A DNA stretch of 64,000 nucleotides from Eledone cirrhosa. Lineage: Eukaryota. The notes beneath the pieces are model-generated. The model was not told the origin of the DNA, did no database searches, and saw only the letters and a program-made list of their open reading frames with translations. Below, piece after piece: positions 57,813-64,000 of this stretch (position 1 is its first letter; every line of letters begins with the position of its first letter). Position numbers and translations under genes: made by a program. The stretch covers positions 208,320,001-208,384,000 of the forward strand of contig OZ024742.1 in the NCBI GenBank assembly GCA_964016885.1. Reading direction: 5' to 3'.

Positions 57813-58421
57813 TGTCAGGTCACCACTTGGTGCTACTGGTAAAATGTATCCCAGTACAACCTGTCTCATGGTCGGGTCGTTGGCGACTAAACTGGCAACC
57901 CCACCAAGGTTTCTTGGTGAGGAGGGTGACTTTGGACATCCTGAAGGACTAAAAACAAAACCTGTCAAAGGGCAAAGGAGCTCCTAAGAGTCAATGGCCA
58001 TCCAAAATCACTGGGAGAGATGACCCCTTAGCCTTTGTCAAGGCAGAATTCTAGGAGAAGGAAAACTCTGATATAACACCTGCAACCCTGATGGTATCCA
58101 ATGATGTTGACTTGTTCTTCTTTTTGGTAAATATCATCTTGGTTAAGAGAGTGGGACTGGCTTTGTGCAGTGCCTTTGCTCACTATAACAGCTTCACGGC
58201 ACAGGCATTGCTTTGTATCTGGCGATCTCTCTGCACTTGTCGTCACATGGTACCAAAGGTAAAGCACTAAGTGTCAATAATTGTCACAAGTGTAGTGTTT
58301 GTACCAGAGTTTTCAAGTCGCTGGCTGGACTAAAAAGTCACACTCGTTCAGCGCATCGGTAGGGGTTCTTCTACATGGATATAGAGTAGTGGCCGTACTC
58401 GAAAACAAGTTGGCAGCCACC
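57813..58421 (+). mobile_element. Bipartite RTE-derived non-autonomous element
   Basis: Full copy flanked by (TA)n. Confidence 0.85.
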
Positions 58422-58453
<32 letters not shown>

Positions 58454-58536
58454 GCATATATATATATATATGTATATGTATATGTATATATATATATATA
58501 TGTACGTATATATATATATGTATATATATATGTACG

Positions 58537-58568
<32 letters not shown>

Positions 58569-58575
58569 TATGTAT

Positions 58576-61651
<3,076 letters not shown>

Positions 61652-61656
61652 GTATG

Positions 61657-61688
<32 letters not shown>

Positions 61689-61694
61689 TGTATG

Positions 61695-61774
<80 letters not shown>

Positions 61775-61790
61775 TATGTATATATAGATG

Positions 61791-61941
<151 letters not shown>

Positions 61942-62193
61942 GTGTAGGAGGCGAGTTTTATTGTAGTACAATAAAGCAATGCAGATATCGGATCCAATAT
62001 CAGACATCAATCTAAAACCACGTTTCATATGTTGATTTAAAACTGCACTATCCACAAGTGTTTTTTAGCCTTCATATCATGTTCTCCTGTTTTATTTGAT
62101 GAAAACACAAATATTATTGCATGATGATGTTTGTTTTTGAAATGCACATAATAAAATACATGGAACTCCTTTAACCATCTTTTGATCTTATAT

Positions 62194-62325
<132 letters not shown>

Positions 62326-62429
62326 ATGTAGGAGGTGAGTTTTATTGTAGTACAATAAAGCAATGCAGATATCGGATAAGAAGCACTCTACAGTTTGTGG
62401 TACAAACACTACACTTGTGACAAATTCTA

Positions 62430-63370
62430 GGAAAACTTACAGTAGAATAATTAATCATGACCATTCCAATAATTTTAATAAAAGACCTAGATACAAAAAC
62501 ATAATCTGGTATAATGCTCCTTTCTCCATCTCTATTAATAACAATATTCCTAAATTATTTTTTACTGCCTTAAATAAATGCTTCCCTCCCTCACATATCT
62601 ATAGTAAAATATTTAACAAACACACCATCAAATTTTCGTATTCTACATCCTCCAATATTTCCAACATCATCTCTAAACACAACAACAAAATATTAAATAC
62701 TAAATCGCTTCCTTCCAATATTGAATTTCATAATAACAGTAATAGTACTCCCGACGTCATTGTAAACCCTAGGCTAACTTCTGTAAACCCAAATACAACG
62801 TCAAACACAACTTCGCTAAATGTTCATAATCCAACTCTAAATCAAGAAACTATTATTCCTATTATTCCTATCGCAAACAACTTCTCCAATCCAATTCCTT
62901 CTATAGATAACACTAGATCACTCATTAATAATCTCTCTAATTGCAACTGCCGCATTAAAAATAAATGTCCTCTCAACAACCATTGCCTCGATAAAAACTT
63001 AATTTATGAATGTAAAATTATAACTAGCACCAATTCCTTGACCTATTTTGGCTCCACTTCCACCTCTTTTAAAGCTCGTCTCTATAATCATCATTCATCT
63101 TTCAAATACAAACTTAAAAGAACTAACACTGCTCTCTCAGAACTCATATGGTCCTTAAAAGACAAAAACATTAAATATACCATCTTTTGGAAGAAGATTT
63201 CTTCTGCATCCTCATACTTGAACAGCTCTCTATCTAAAATCTGTAATCTCTGCCTAAATGAAAAATTTACCATTATCTCTAACCTAGATTCTATAATAAA
63301 TAGACGCTCAGATTTGTTTTCTATCTGCCTGCATAAATTCCATAGAACTTTTCACAAAGTATACAGTTAA
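62430..63370 (+). pseudogene. 5'-truncated Penelope-like ORF (thumb/linker + GIY-YIG, Naiad-like), open to its stop codon
   Basis: IIWYNAPFS, KIFNKHTIKFSYS, CNCRIKNKCPLNNHCL, LIYEC..YFGSTSTSFKARLYNH, CNLCLNEK, CLHK. Confidence 0.85.
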
Positions 63371-64000
63371 TATTCAATTCTTTATCTATTTAGAATCTTT
63401 TCTCAAAGGCACATATACATACACCTCTTTAAAATATACCCATCTACCTTACTTTAAAGGGCATTATACACTCTATAATACTCGTTTACTCATTACCCTC
63501 ATTCTATCTTCTCGTAAAATAATAACATTTGTTTTTGACATTTTGAATATTCATCCGCAATCATTATTATTTTTTTCTCTCTATCATAAATCTTTTTAAT
63601 CTCAATTTCATCCTTAATTTATTATTTTTTTCTCCCCATCAACGAACTCATTATTAATACATATTAACTCTTTATTCGCACATATTATCAATTCAATATA
63701 CAAACTTTAACTTCACATTATTTTTTCTCAAATCCTTCTACACACAAACCTTAACAATTTTTCTCTTCGCTAATTTTGAAATTGCCACAATACATACATT
63801 TCTTCTTTTGACGTTAGAATATTCACCCACAATTATTATTTTTTTCTCTCTATCTTCATACATAATTTCCCTTCGTTAATTTTCAAATTCCTTTAATTTA
63901 TACATTATCTTCCAACGGTTCCCAACCTCTCTATATTACAAAAATATATCTTTATCTCAGTTATAAAAACTATCTCTTTCTCTCTATCACCCATCTCTCC

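Noticed and set aside
57813-57965. HDV-like ribozyme at the 5' end of the bipartite RTE element (GGTCACC/GGTGACT pairing, CTAA motifs)
   Set aside because: No canonical pyrimidine-rich L3/P1.1, and copies retain TGTCA upstream of the putative cut site; would need a covariance-model test
62940-63370. Selenocysteine recoding, as reported for some Naiad PLEs
   Set aside because: The conserved Cys codons here and in the 6.5-kb and 39.5-kb fragments are TGT/TGC, with no in-frame TGA at those positions

Overview
AT-rich, repeat-saturated eukaryotic DNA with no recognisable host gene; it is probably intergenic or intronic. The SINE and repeat families look cephalopod/octopod-like (inference). Main contents: (1) a near full-length, frameshifted Tx1-clade LINE inserted in an (AAT)n microsatellite, 8.6-14.5 kb (-); (2) a decayed Helitron with both termini, 17.5-22.9 kb (-); (3) an uninterrupted RTE-clade LINE ORF (APE-RT-3xC2H2), 25.6-29.1 kb (-); (4) many Penelope-like (GIY-YIG) fragments and fold-back palindromes; (5) tRNA-derived SINEs and a ~600-bp bipartite RTE-derived element in 4 copies; (6) very long (TA)n/(TACA)n tracts, which generate most of the spurious YIYI ORFs. 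The standout feature is a 310-bp x ~9.6 near-identical tandem array (58.6-61.5 kb) with one intact type I hammerhead ribozyme per unit on the minus strand, i.e. a retrozyme-like element. About a dozen further dispersed hammerhead motifs from about 8 unrelated sequence families are also present. All calls are from reading the sequence by eye; no searches or folding programs were run.
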